Origin: an uncultured Acidobacteriota bacterium
Lineage (GTDB): Bacteria; Acidobacteriota; UBA6911
Assembly (NCBI GenBank): GCA_963827655.1
Contig: CAWHCF010000023.1
Span: forward strand, 128,001-192,000
Reading direction: 5' to 3'
DNA: 64,000 nucleotides
Under the pieces are notes generated by a model, which did not search any database, was not told where the DNA came from, and was given only the letters and a program-made list of their open reading frames with translations. This document shows, piece after piece, positions 48,841 to 60,306 of the stretch (positions are counted from its first letter, which is position 1; each line of letters starts with the position of its first letter). The position numbers and the translations under genes are program-made.

Positions 48841-51800
48841 ATGAGAATGCGACCTTTCCTGTGCGCCCTCACGACTCTCTTTTGCCTGGCAACTTCGGCT
48901 CTCGCGCAAGTCGACACCGGGACCATCACCGGCACCGTCACGGATCCCTCGGGCGCCGTGCTTGCCGGCGCCAGCGTGATCCTCACTCACGAAGAGAGCA
49001 AGACTTCCCGGACGATTCTGACCAACGAGGTCGGGTATTACGCCGCCCCCAATCTTCACGCTGGCTCGTACTCGATCAGGGCCGAGCTCTCCGGATTCAA
49101 AACCCAGGAACAGAGAGGAATCGTGCTCCGCCTCCAGGATCGGCTGCGCGTCGATTTCCGATTGCAGATTGGCGAGCTGGCCGAGGTGGTGTCGGTGACC
49201 GGCACGCCTCCGATTCTAGAAACAGAGACTTCGAACCTGGGGCAGGTGGTGGAGCAGAAGACAGTCGAAAACCTCCCGTTGAATGGGCGCAACTTCGTGC
49301 AGCTTGCGCTCCTTTCGGCCGGAGTGACCCCTTCACACCGCACGGTTCAGCGCGACACATTCGTATCGAACGGGATGCGGCCGATCCAGAACAGTTACAT
49401 CGTGGACGGCATGGAGAACAAGACCCACGTGACGGGTTTTGACGATTCAAGCGCCCAGGCCCATCGCCCTTCGATCGACGCCATTCAGGAGTTCAAAGTT
49501 CAGACCAGCACATTTTCTGCGGAGTACGGGCAGGGCGCAGGGGCGGTCTTGACCGCGACCATCAAGTCAGGCACCAACGGCTTTCATGGCAGCGCCTTTG
49601 AGTTTCACCGCAATGCCGTGCTCGACGCCACGCCCTTCTTTCAGCCGCCGGATACAGACAAACCCCAATTCATCGAAAACCAGTTTGGCGGAACGTTAGG
49701 CGGGCCGATCCGGAAAAACTCCGCATTCTTTCTTTTTCAGCTATGAGGGGACGCGTATTGTGAGCGGCGCTCCCCGCATCGGGACCGTCCCGACTGCGGA
49801 CATGCGCGAGGGGCGCTTCGGCACCCGCCAGATTTACGATCCGGCCACTGTCCGCCCGAACCCGACCGGCACGGGTTCTATTCGAGACCTCTTTCCCAAT
49901 AACTCCATTCCCGCCGCGCGCTGGGATCCGGTCGCCGTGAAGGTGCTTCAGCTGGCTCCGCTCCCCAACCTGCCCGGCGCGGTCAACAATCACTTCTACA
50001 ATCCGAGGCAAACGGTGATCGAGGATAGCGTGGACGCCCGAGTGGACCTCAAGCTCGGGACCAACGACAGCTTGTTCGGGCGCTTCAGTCTGTCCAATGG
50101 CGAAAACCTTCTCCCGCCTCCTCTGCCGGCGCCGGCCAATGACCCTTCGACGGCGTATCCCACGGGTCGCTCGTTCGTCATGGCTTATACCAGAACCCTC
50201 AGCTCGAAGGTTGTGAATGAGACTCGCTGGGGATTCAATCGCAGCCTTCTGGTGCAAGACATCGAGACCCCGCGGCTCTTCGAGGAGTTTGGCATCAATG
50301 AACCGGCGAAGGACCCGGCGGTCAAGGGACTCCCCGAGTTTGCTATTTCAGGCTTCTCCACGCTCGGCACCGCAGCTCCTGCCGCGGGCCTTCCGCTGCA
50401 GGTGACCGGCAGCGGCTAATCTCCCGATAAAGAAGGCCGGCATGGGAACGACTCTGTCCGACGTCGTCTCGATTCTTCACGGCAATCATTCTTTCAAGCT
50501 CGGTGCGGAAGTCTGGTGGAACCAGCTCAACGCCAACGTCACTCTGACGGCCCGTCCCAATTTCAACTTCAATGGCGTCTATACCCAGAATCCCCAGAAT
50601 CGCACGGGCAACGGGCACGCATTCGCCGATTTTCTGCTCGGGCTGGCGAATAACGCCACGACGAGCACCCGCGGGATAAGCGGACTGCGGAATCGCAACT
50701 ATCTCTTCTTCCTCCAGGATGACTGGAAGCTCACCCGCCGCTTCACACTCAACCTGGGCATTCGTTACGAGCTGGTGACCCCTTACTATGAAGTGAACAA
50801 CCGGCAGAGCCAGATCCTGTTCGAAGGCTCCGCGCTTCGCCTGGTTACGGCCGGGTCGGGCGGAGATTCGCTCTTCGATCGCGCCTTTGTGCGGCTGGAT
50901 CGGAACAACTTTGCGCCCCGTATCGGCCTGGCCTACCAGGCGCGGGAGAAGACCGTCGTGCGTGCCGGCTTTGGCGTGTTTTACGGACGCGACGAAGACA
51001 TCGGCGTATCGCGTCGTCTGGTCAGCAATCCCCCCTGGTTCGTGCGCACCACTTTCCCCAGCGATCAGATCAATCCCAGTATCAAACTTTCCACCGGCAT
51101 ACCCGACGGCACCCTCGATCCGAGCAGCGTGCGCAACCCCGAGGTCAATCATTATCCGGAAGAATCTCCGCTTCCCTATGTTCTGCAATGGTCGCTCAAC
51201 ATCCAGCAGGAGCTTCCCCACGACTTCCTCTTCCACGTCGGCTATACCGGCTCCGTTTCCCAGAAGCTTTATTTACCGGTGAACATCAATCGACCTCTTC
51301 CAGGTCCCGGAGCCGTTGACCCGCGCAGACCTTACCAGGGCTACAGCAACATCTTCGTCTACGGACCCGGCGTGCGCGGAAACTACCATTCTCTTTTCGT
51401 CCGCGCGCGAGCGCCGGTTCTCGGGCGGCTACAGTCTCCTCACGAGCTATACTCTGGGCCACAGCATCGATACAGGGAAGTTTCAGAACGAGGGGGGCGC
51501 CGACATCCAGGACTACCTTGACAGCAACGCCGAGCGCGCCAGTTCAAACAACGACATCCGTCACCGCCTGGTCGCGAGCTTCATTTACGAGTCCCCGTTC
51601 GGTCGAGGGCGGAAATGGGCCCAGTCAGGTCCGGCGGCCGTGCTTCTCGGAGGCTGGCGATGGACCGGCATCTCCAGCCTGAACAGCGGCCTACCCTTCA
51701 GCATCACGATGCAGACCGATACCTCGAACTCGCTGGCTCCGCTGCGTCCCAATCGCGTGGGAGACGGTAATCTCTCCCGTTCCGAGCAAACCCTGGAGCG

Positions 51801-52092
51801 TTACTTCGATCTGGACGCCTTCGTAGCGCCGGCGCCATTCACGTTCGGTAACGCGGGGAGGAATATCTTGCGCGGACCCGGCACCGTCAACTTCGACTTT
51901 GGGGTTCATCGAGACTTCCGAATCACCGAGGGAGTTTCCTTTCAATTCCGCGCCGAGCTCTTCAACGCCTTCAATACGCCTCAGTTCAATGACCCTGCTT
52001 CAGTGCTGGGTAACGCTCAGGCGGGAGTGATTGGATCGCCGACGCGGGGGACGGAGCGGCAGATCCAGTTCGGGGCACGACTCGCTTTTTGA
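48841..52092 (+). CDS. TonB-dependent receptor (Oar-like), frameshifts near 49735, 50415 and 51405
   Basis: LPLNGRNFVQL, IKSGTNGFHGS, NQFGGTLGGP, FLQDDWK, GIRYE, RQIQFGARLAF over four ORFs. Confidence 0.88.
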
Positions 52093-52134
52093 TCTCTTAG
52101 TGTTTCTTCGAGTCTTCGACGCCTTAGTGGTTTT

Positions 52135-53601
52135 TTATTTCCGGAGCCAGTAGGAGTTCGGACCGCTCATCTTCGTCACGCGCCCGTCCGGACCGACGGT
52201 GAACGTGACCAGTTCGCCTACCGCCCCATAGCTCGCCCCGGGACTTGTCATGCGAAAGGTGTGCAGGCCCACCGGTTCGAGCACGGAGCGGGATTCCCAG
52301 GGGTTATCCGTTTCCGGAACAATCACCATCAGGATGCCATTCAGAATCCGGACCTCGACGTCCGAATGCTTCCACGTGTATGTGCCGGTATATTTCTCCC
52401 AGGCCGGATCCGGAGCCGCTGTCACCTTCGGCGGCGCGGTCGCCTGTTTGACGGCGGGGGTCAGGATTGTGAATGCCTGGTCGACGTAGCGAATCGGATC
52501 GCCGTCATTGGCATTGGTCAACACGATGATGCCGAGCTTGTCGGCGGGCGCGATCTCGATCTGGGTGCGATGGCCGGGAAGACTGCCGCCGTGTCCGACT
52601 CTGACCTGCTCGCCGGACCGCCGGACCGAGAAGCCCAGTCCCCAGCCGCTGCGCCAATCCGGGCGCAGCCACTGCACGCGGTGCATCTCACGCAAGGTCG
52701 ACGTTTTCAAAATCTGGTTGCCGCCCAGCGGCTTATCCCGCAGCTGAAGCGAAACGAACTTCGCCAGGTCCTCAACGTTCGAGGCCAGGTTTCCCGCGGG
52801 ACGGACTCCATCAATATCGACGAAAGGTTCCAGGTCGCGCGCAGCGCCGGGCACACGCCGTCCATAACCGAGGGCCAGCCCGGGCGTGTCCGCCTTCGGG
52901 AGCGCAAGGGTAGCGGTCATCCCGAGGGGCTGGAGAATATGCTTGTCAACGTATTGAGGCCAGGGCTCCCCTGAGACTGCGGCAACCACTTCGCCGGCGA
53001 GTGAGAGCGCGAGGTTCGAGTACTTCCACTCCGTCTCGGCTGGAAAAACCGTCTCCTGCTCGGCCAGACGGCGGACCATCTCGTCGCGCGTCGGAAAGGT
53101 GAGGTCACTCCAGTTGGTACCCCACGCCTCGCGCGGCAGTCCTGAAGTATGGGTAATTAGGTGCCTGATGGTAATCACAGGACCCGCATGTGTCTGGCGG
53201 AGCTTGAACCAGGAAAGGTGCTTCGCAACCGGGTCATCGAGTTGCAGCTTGCCTGAATCTCGCAGCTGCATGATTGCGGTCGAAGTGAAGAGCTTTGAAA
53301 TCGAGGCGATGCGATAGAGCGTCGCAGGCGTGGCCGGGGTCTTCTTCTGCAAGTCGGCAAACCCGTATCCTTTGGCCCAGATCAGATCCTGGTCGTGAAC
53401 GACGCCGATAGAGAGTCCGGGTTGCTCGCGAGTTGCGGCGGTAGCCACAACCCAGGAATCCAGCACCTGCAGCGCCGCCGACACTTCGGGCCGCTGCGCG
53501 AGTCCCCTGCCCGCCGGTTCGTCGGCCTTTCCCGGACGCAACCCGGGAGAAAGGGCCGCTACCAGGATGGCGCCTGCAAAGAATCGAGAAAGATGTGCCA
53601 T
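52135..53601 (-). CDS. Serine hydrolase, beta-lactamase class C / AmpH-like family, with a C-terminal extension
   Basis: Signal peptide, ASISK (SxxK), YSN, HGG. Confidence 0.9.
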   Translation of the reverse strand: MAHLSRFFAGAILVAALSPGLRPGKADEPAGRGLAQRPEVSAALQVLDSWVVATAATREQPGLSIGVVHDQDLIWAKGYGFADLQKKTPATPATLYRIASISKLFTSTAIMQLRDSGKLQLDDPVAKHLSWFKLRQTHAGPVITIRHLITHTSGLPREAWGTNWSDLTFPTRDEMVRRLAEQETVFPAETEWKYSNLALSLAGEVVAAVSGEPWPQYVDKHILQPLGMTATLALPKADTPGLALGYGRRVPGAARDLEPFVDIDGVRPAGNLASNVEDLAKFVSLQLRDKPLGGNQILKTSTLREMHRVQWLRPDWRSGWGLGFSVRRSGEQVRVGHGGSLPGHRTQIEIAPADKLGIIVLTNANDGDPIRYVDQAFTILTPAVKQATAPPKVTAAPDPAWEKYTGTYTWKHSDVEVRILNGILMVIVPETDNPWESRSVLEPVGLHTFRMTSPGASYGAVGELVTFTVGPDGRVTKMSGPNSYWLRK

Positions 53602-53790
53602 AGAATCCTCCCTTATCCGGCAGGCAATATACCACTCCTTGTGCCTGAGGGTCTCCCGAGGCTCAAAGATTATGGTGTACGCTGCATAGTGGATGGCCTA
53701 CAATCCGCCGGACGCCTGAAGCTTGGACGCGATCCTCTTAATGGTTAACGCCATTCTCACGAAAAATTGGAGGAACAAAGTTTAGCGAAT

Positions 53791-55503
53791 ATGGGAATAA
53801 GCAACAATCATGCGATCTGGAAAGCAGAGGCCGAAGGGATCGATCTCCTGAATACAACGATCGGCGATCTCCTCGATCAGCAGGCGGCGGCGATTCCCGC
53901 CAAGGAAGCGCTGGTCTACAACTATCCCGAATTGGGCCTGAATCTCCGCCTTACCTATCACCAATATCGCGAAGAAGCCGATCGGCTGGCGAAGGGGCTC
54001 CTGGCACTCGGCATCGAAAAAGGCGAGCACGTAGCCGTGTGGGCGACCAATCTTCCGGAATGGGCGCTGCTCGAGATGGCCGTCGCCAAGATCGGCGCGG
54101 TGCTGGTGACGATCAATACCAATTACCGAACCGCCGAACTGGAGTATGTGCTGCGGCAGGGGGACATCACGACCCTGTTCATGATCGAGGAGTTTCGCGG
54201 CAACTCTTACCTTGATGCGATCTACAGCCTGCTGCCAGAACTGAAGAGCCTGGGAGACCCGGTTCACGAGCCGGTTCTGAGCGCCAGCCTGCCCTGCTTG
54301 AAGCGAGTGATCCTGATCGGCGAGCGTCTGCAGCCCGGTCTTCTTCCTTATTCGCAGGTTGCCGCGCTGGGGGAGAATCTTCCGGACGAAGCGCTGAGAC
54401 GGCGTCAGAAGAGCGTGGAGCCCCAGGATGTCGCCCAGATGCAGTACACGAGCGGGACGACCGGTTTCCCCAAGGGCGCCACGCTGACTCATCACAGCCT
54501 CGTCAACAACGTGTTTCTGTTTGCAACGCGAGGAAACATCGGTTCCGAGGAGCGTTACCTGACTGCGATGCCGTTCTTCCACACGGCCGGGTGTGTCATG
54601 GGCGTTCTGGCGGCTCTGGTCACGGGAAGCACCTTGATTCCCTTGATTGCCTTCGACCCGGTCAAGGAACTCGAGCTGATTGCGGCCGAGAAGGCGACGT
54701 TTTCTCTTAACGTGCCGACGATGTTTGCGGCCATGCTTAATCATCCTCGCTTTCTTGCCGGTGAGTTCGATACTTCTTCGCTGCGCCACCTGGCTTGCGG
54801 CGGCTCGCCGGTGCCTGTGGCCTTGATGGAGCAGGTCAAGAACCGAATGGGCGCCGACACCTGGGTCGCGTATGGTCTCACGGAAGCCAGTCCGATCATC
54901 ACCCAGGCGATCCCAGCCGACAGTTTCGAGCTGCGATCCGCTACGGTTGGCTTGCCCCTCCCTCACACGGATGTCAAGATCATCAACCCGCAAACGGGCG
55001 AACCGGCACTCCTGGGCGAAGCCGGCGAGCTGCTGACTCGCGGCTATCTGGTGATGCAAGGGTATTACAAGATGCCGGAGAAAACCGCCGAGTCGATAGA
55101 TGCCGAAGGCTGGCTGCGCACCGGAGACCTGGCCACCATGAACGCGCAAGGCTATATCAATATCGTCGGGCGAGTGAAAGACATGATTATTCGAGGCGGC
55201 GAGAATCTATTCCCGGCCGAGATAGAAGCATTTCTGATGCGCTATCCCAAGGTCGCCGAGGCTCAGGTCGTGGGTGTGCCGGACAGCCGTATGATCGAAG
55301 AGGCCGCAGCGCTGTTGAGACTCAAACCCGAAACCAGCGCCGACGAGAACGAAATTCGGGAATACTGCCGGAAGGGCATCAGCCGACACAAGATTCCAAA
55401 GTACATCAGGTTCGTGACCGAGTTTCCGCTCACTGCCAGCGGCAAGGTAAAAAAGTTTGAACTGCGGGCACAGCTCATCCGGGAGCTTGGACTGGAGCAC
55501 TGA
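53791..55503 (+). CDS. AMP-binding acyl-CoA synthetase (ACSF2/YngI-like)
   Basis: YTSGTTGFPKG, AYGLTEASP, GWLRTGD, RVKDMIIRGGEN, PLTASGKVKK. Confidence 0.93.
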   Translation: MGISNNHAIWKAEAEGIDLLNTTIGDLLDQQAAAIPAKEALVYNYPELGLNLRLTYHQYREEADRLAKGLLALGIEKGEHVAVWATNLPEWALLEMAVAKIGAVLVTINTNYRTAELEYVLRQGDITTLFMIEEFRGNSYLDAIYSLLPELKSLGDPVHEPVLSASLPCLKRVILIGERLQPGLLPYSQVAALGENLPDEALRRRQKSVEPQDVAQMQYTSGTTGFPKGATLTHHSLVNNVFLFATRGNIGSEERYLTAMPFFHTAGCVMGVLAALVTGSTLIPLIAFDPVKELELIAAEKATFSLNVPTMFAAMLNHPRFLAGEFDTSSLRHLACGGSPVPVALMEQVKNRMGADTWVAYGLTEASPIITQAIPADSFELRSATVGLPLPHTDVKIINPQTGEPALLGEAGELLTRGYLVMQGYYKMPEKTAESIDAEGWLRTGDLATMNAQGYINIVGRVKDMIIRGGENLFPAEIEAFLMRYPKVAEAQVVGVPDSRMIEEAAALLRLKPETSADENEIREYCRKGISRHKIPKYIRFVTEFPLTASGKVKKFELRAQLIRELGLEH

Positions 55504-55529
55504 AAGAAATGAGGACTGCGTAAGACTTG

Positions 55530-55786
55530 AAGTGCGCTAGCTTGCTTAGAGGATGTGAAAAAATTCGGTCTGTGGCGCGGGTCATCAGACCCGTCGCAAG
55601 TAACGTGATCGGGAGGATTTAAAGTTCTTTTGTGCCACTAGGGGGCCGGACGGGCTTGATAGCCCGTCCGCACATGAACCAGGCGAGTTTTGCAACAGTC
55701 TCAATCAGACCCGCGCCACAAAAGCCAAAGGGTTGGCGTTCAATCGAGAGCGCAACACAAGGCGCAAGCAAGCTTGCGCACTCCAA
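55530..55786. repeat. Nested repeat: REP-like arms enclosing a MITE-like unit
   Basis: Outer agtgcgctagcttgct...agcaagcttgcgcact; middle tgtggcgcgggtc...gacccgcgccaca; inner agacccgtcgcaa...ttgcaacagtct. Confidence 0.65.
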
Positions 55787-55891
55787 GGGGAGTGCTTCGC
55801 GAGTTCCAATTCAGGTGTTACACTTCACTAGCCAAGCCGCGCGATATCGCGGGTGATTGACGAGTCGAAGAAACCAGGAGGTTCGATTGCG

Positions 55892-58800
55892 ATGAAAAGG
55901 AACCTTGTCCTTCCTGCGCTCATCCTGGCTGCGGGATTCTCGATCTTGACGTTCAAGGTCAGCTCCCAGGGGCCGGCAGTACTCGAACTCAAGAAAGGGG
56001 ACAACATCTGCATCGTCGGCAACACGCTGGCCGACCGGATGCAACACTCGGGCTGGTTCGAGTCGCTGGTTTACTCCGCGTTTCCCGGTTACGATCTCGT
56101 CTTCCGCAATCTGGGCTTCGCGGGCGATGAGCTGACGGTGCGGCAGCGGTCCGAGGGCTTCGGCTCAACCGACGATTGGCTCAAGCATGAGAAGGCGGAC
56201 GTCGTCCTCGCGTTCTTCGGTTACAACGAATCGTTCAAAGGGGCCGCTGGTGTGGCGGCGTTCAAGAAAGACCTCGAGAAGTTCGTCAAGGAGACACAGA
56301 AGCAGAATTACAGCGGGAAGGGAGCGGCGCGCGTCGTGCTCTTTTCCCCCATCGCCGCCGAGAAACATACCGATCCGAATTTCCCCGATCCGGCGCCGCT
56401 CAACCGCAATCTAGAGCTCTACACCGCCGCAATGTCAGAGACGGCCAAATCATGCGGCGTGCCGTTCGTTGACCTCATGGCGCCGTCGGCCGCCGCCTAT
56501 GCGAAGTCAGGAGAGCCGCTGACGGTCAACGGCGTCCACCTGACCGACGAGGGTTACCGGGCGCTTGCGCCGGCGATGTTCGAGGCCCTTGTCGGCAAGA
56601 GCGCGCCCCCGATGAAGGGAGAGGCTTTCGAGAAGCTCCGCGCGGCAGTTAACGCAAAGAATTGGGTATGGCACTCGCGCTACCGCACCATGGACGGTTA
56701 CAACGTATATGGCGGGCGGTCGCACCTGAAATACGAAGGCGTGAAAAACCGTGACACGATGCAGCGCGAGATGGAGATGCGCGACGTGATGACGGCCAAC
56801 CGCGACAAGCGCGTCTGGGCCGTCGCGCAAGGGAGAGACATCGAGGTCAGGGACGACAACCTCCCGCCGCCCGTCGAGGTAAAGACGAACAAGCCGGGGC
56901 CCAATCCCGACAAGACGTTTCCGTTTCTGGGCGGTGAAGAGGCGATCAAGCGCATGAAGCTTCCGCCTGGCTGCAAGGTGAACCTCTTCGCCTCCGAGGA
57001 GCAGTTCCCCGACCTGGAAAAACCCGTTCAGATGGCGTTCGACACGCGCGGGCGGCTCTGGGTGGCGGTGTGGCCCAACTACCCGGAGCGCACGCCACAA
57101 AGCACGAAGGGTGACAGCCTGCTCGTTTTCGAGGACACCAACGGCGACGGCCGGGCCGACAAGGCCACGCCTTTCATCACGGACCTGAATTGCCCGACGG
57201 GATTCCAGTTTTACAAGGACGGCGTGCTGCTTGTGCAGGCCCCTAACCTGTGGTTCCTGCGCGACACGGACGGCGATGGCCGCGCGGACTCGAAGCAAGT
57301 CGTGCTCAACGGGCTGGACTCGGCCGACTCGCACCACACCTCCAATTCGGTCGTGCTCGATCCGGGCGGGGCGATCTACTTGAGCGACGGAGTCTTCCAC
57401 CGCACCCAGGTCGAAAGCCCCTGGGGGCCGCCCATCCGAAACATCGACGCCGCGATCTTCCGCTACGAGCCACGCGCGGGCAAGTTCGAGACGTACGTTG
57501 CCTACGAATTCGCCAATCCCCACGGGCGCGTGTTTGATTACTGGGGCAACGACCTGGTCACCGACGCGACGGGAAACCACACCTATTTCGGCCCCGCCTT
57601 CAGTGGCCGCATTGACTTCCCGGCGAAGCATGCCGCCTTGCGCCAGTTCTGGGAGCGCCCCATGCGTCCCTCCCCCGGGACCGGTATCCTGTCGAGCCGC
57701 CATTTTCCCGAGGATTTCCAGAACAATTTTCTCAACCTCAACGTCATCGGCTTTCAGGGTATTTATCGCGTTCGCATGCGGGAAGAGGGATCCGGGCTCT
57801 GGGGCGACATGATCCAGCCCCACCTGGTTGAATCCGACGATCCCAACTTCCGGCCTGCTGCCATTGACGTCGCGCCCGACGGATCGCTCTACTTTCTCGA
57901 CTGGCAGAACCCGATTATCGGCCACATGCAGCATCACCTGCGCGACCCGAACCGGGACCACAGCCACGGCCGCATTTACCGCATCACGTATGAAGGACGG
58001 CCGCTGCTCACCCCCGCGCCCATCGCGGGGCAGCCGGTCGACAAGCTGCTCGAACTGCTCAAGGAACCGGAAAACGGCGTCCGCACGCGGGCCAAGATCG
58101 AGCTGGGAGCGCGAGACCCGGGCGAGGTCATCGCCGCAGTAAAGAAGTGGTCGCGCCAGTTCGACGCCGCGAAGCTTGAAGACCAGCATCATCTGCTCGA
58201 GGCCCTGTGGGTCCATCAGTGGCACAACGTGGTGGATGAATCGTTGCTGCGGCAGATGCTCAAGTCGCCCGAACCACGCGCGCGGGCGGCGGCGGTGCGC
58301 GTGCTTTGCTACTGGCGCGACCGCGTGAGCGACTCGCTCGCGCTCGTGCGACTCGCGGTCAACGACCCGTCCCCGCGAGTCCGGCTCGAGGCGATCCGCG
58401 CGGCCAGTTTCTTCCAGGGGACGCCCGCCATCGAGGCGGCCTGCGATGTCCTGAAACACGAAATGGACTACTACCTCGATTACACCTTCAAGGAAACAAG
58501 GGAGCAGTTGCAGAAGTCGGTCAAGGGAGTTTTCCTTCCCAGCGATCCCAAAGCGCTTACCGCGCTTCCGTCCCGCCTGTCGGACAAGGACCTGCTCGAT
58601 GCTCCCGGCGTGGAGCCGGTTCTCATCGAGCGTCTGGAGCGCCCATTCCTGGACATCAAGGTCCGTACGGCCTCGCTGACGGCCCTGGCGGAAAGCCGCA
58701 AGAGCAACCCGACACTCGAGGCGATTGCGATTCTCAAGCGCCTCGACGCCGGACAGCGCTCTGCCTCGGCGGCCGAGAACATCGGCTATCTTCTGGCTGC

Positions 58801-59893
58801 GCTGCCCCCCGCCGACCTGGCGAAGTCACGCTCGACGTTGGGGGGTCTTGCGGCAGGCGGGAAGAAGATTCCGGTCCGCCGGGCGGCCTACGCCGCGCTT
58901 GTGGCTGCGGACGGCAAACCGGATGCAGTCTGGGCCGACACGGCGAAGGATCCCGCCTCGCGGGTTGTGCTGATTGATTCCATCGGGCTTCACCCGGATG
59001 CCGACTTCCGTGCCGCCTTCGGACCGCTTTTGGACCAGTCGGCCGCGGACGCCTCGACGCCCGCCCGCGTCCGCACTTCGGCGCTGCTCGCCCTGCCCCT
59101 CATGGGACCGAAACGCGCGAGCGCGGCCTTCCGAGTGCTCGCGGAGAATCTTCGCACCGGACGCGACCTGGCTGCTTCCTCGCGCGCGATCATGCAGCTA
59201 CCCCGCGCTTCCTGGTCCTCCCAGGCGGCCGGACCGGCGGCCGGCGGCATTCTTGCCTGGGCCAAAACCGTTCCGGCAAACAAACGCATGAACGACGATT
59301 TCGTGGTGACCGTGCAGGCGGGGCGCGAACTGGCGGCCCTGCTTCCGCCAGTCGAATCGCTCCGGCTGCGCAAGGAGCTCCTCGCCCTCGGCGCCCAGGT
59401 CTTTTCGCTGCGCGCCGTTCGTGAGCAGATGCGCTATGACGTGGCGCGCATCATCGTAGAGGCGGGCAAGCCGTTCCAGATTATGTTCGAGAATTCCGAC
59501 ATGATGCCGCACAACGTGGCGGTTGTGGAGCCGCGCGCGCGTGAGGATATCGGCCGGAAGGCCGACGCGATGCCCGCTGTGGCCGACAGACGGGGCCGCC
59601 TCTTCGTGCCCGACGACAAGCGCATCCTGGCCGCGACCGAGATGGTCGAGCCCGGCCGCATCGCGACCCTCAAGCTGGTCGCGCCGCAGAAGCCCGGCGA
59701 CTACGAATACGTCTGCACGTATCCCGACCACTGGAAAACGATGTTCGGGCAACTTCTGGTAGTGGATGACCTGGAGGCCTTCATGAAGAGCCCGAAGGCC
59801 ATGGAGCCGCCGCGTCAGACCGCGGCCGCGGCTCACGGGAAGAACCATGCCGCGCCTGCCGACTCGCCTCGGCCCGCCAATACTCCACGGTGA
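55892..59893 (+). CDS. PVC-type multidomain protein: SGNH-like, glucose/sorbosone-dehydrogenase-like beta-propeller, HEAT repeats, cupredoxin
   Basis: VGNTLADRMQ..FFGYNE..NGVHL; FDTRGRLWV, EDTNGDGRAD, GRIYRI; PRVRLEAIRA; MPHN...CTYPDHWKTM. Confidence 0.8.
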   Translation: MKRNLVLPALILAAGFSILTFKVSSQGPAVLELKKGDNICIVGNTLADRMQHSGWFESLVYSAFPGYDLVFRNLGFAGDELTVRQRSEGFGSTDDWLKHEKADVVLAFFGYNESFKGAAGVAAFKKDLEKFVKETQKQNYSGKGAARVVLFSPIAAEKHTDPNFPDPAPLNRNLELYTAAMSETAKSCGVPFVDLMAPSAAAYAKSGEPLTVNGVHLTDEGYRALAPAMFEALVGKSAPPMKGEAFEKLRAAVNAKNWVWHSRYRTMDGYNVYGGRSHLKYEGVKNRDTMQREMEMRDVMTANRDKRVWAVAQGRDIEVRDDNLPPPVEVKTNKPGPNPDKTFPFLGGEEAIKRMKLPPGCKVNLFASEEQFPDLEKPVQMAFDTRGRLWVAVWPNYPERTPQSTKGDSLLVFEDTNGDGRADKATPFITDLNCPTGFQFYKDGVLLVQAPNLWFLRDTDGDGRADSKQVVLNGLDSADSHHTSNSVVLDPGGAIYLSDGVFHRTQVESPWGPPIRNIDAAIFRYEPRAGKFETYVAYEFANPHGRVFDYWGNDLVTDATGNHTYFGPAFSGRIDFPAKHAALRQFWERPMRPSPGTGILSSRHFPEDFQNNFLNLNVIGFQGIYRVRMREEGSGLWGDMIQPHLVESDDPNFRPAAIDVAPDGSLYFLDWQNPIIGHMQHHLRDPNRDHSHGRIYRITYEGRPLLTPAPIAGQPVDKLLELLKEPENGVRTRAKIELGARDPGEVIAAVKKWSRQFDAAKLEDQHHLLEALWVHQWHNVVDESLLRQMLKSPEPRARAAAVRVLCYWRDRVSDSLALVRLAVNDPSPRVRLEAIRAASFFQGTPAIEAACDVLKHEMDYYLDYTFKETREQLQKSVKGVFLPSDPKALTALPSRLSDKDLLDAPGVEPVLIERLERPFLDIKVRTASLTALAESRKSNPTLEAIAILKRLDAGQRSASAAENIGYLLAALPPADLAKSRSTLGGLAAGGKKIPVRRAAYAALVAADGKPDAVWADTAKDPASRVVLIDSIGLHPDADFRAAFGPLLDQSAADASTPARVRTSALLALPLMGPKRASAAFRVLAENLRTGRDLAASSRAIMQLPRASWSSQAAGPAAGGILAWAKTVPANKRMNDDFVVTVQAGRELAALLPPVESLRLRKELLALGAQVFSLRAVREQMRYDVARIIVEAGKPFQIMFENSDMMPHNVAVVEPRAREDIGRKADAMPAVADRRGRLFVPDDKRILAATEMVEPGRIATLKLVAPQKPGDYEYVCTYPDHWKTMFGQLLVVDDLEAFMKSPKAMEPPRQTAAAAHGKNHAAPADSPRPANTPR

Positions 59894-59980
59894 CTTCGCG
59901 CGCAGCCGGAGATGCGGGAGTTGCATATGATATTGGCTCAGACATGTTTCGCGAGCACCCTGTGGCGACGGGCCATTGGC

Positions 59981-60072
59981 CCGTTGCAAGTAACGTAATC
60001 GGCATGCCTTAACCTTAAAAAGTTCAGTTTGTGCCCCTCGGGGCGCAGGACTTGATAGCCCGTCCGCACATA
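59981..60072 (+). repeat. Partial copy of the dispersed MITE-like family
   Basis: ccgttgcaagtaacgtaatcgg...ttgtgcc...cttgatagcccgtccgcacat matches about 55591-55675. Confidence 0.7.
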
Positions 60073-60306
60073 TCGGGGTGCGTATCTTCGGCCTGTCCCA
60101 CACAAGTCAAAGGTCTTCCGGTCAATGGAGGCCATTCGCGCAATTTCTTTCACACCCTTTGAGCGGCGGCGCCTTTTGTGCATTTCGTATCCGGCAGACG
60201 CATCGGCCGGACCGTCTTGTGACCCGTAAAGGACCGGGCTATCCTTGCCGCCATCTTACACACTGGGAGACTCAGTGCATCGGACTCGAGAATCGGAGTT
60301 ACCGTT

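Noticed and set aside
26129-52092. Programmed frameshifting or phase variation in the TonB receptors
   Set aside because: Breaks are not at long repeats or consistent slippery sites and also hit housekeeping genes; sequencing error is simpler
52135-53601. True beta-lactamase resistance gene
   Set aside because: SxxK/YxN/HGG motifs are shared by many esterases and peptidases; it has HGG rather than KTG and no mobile context
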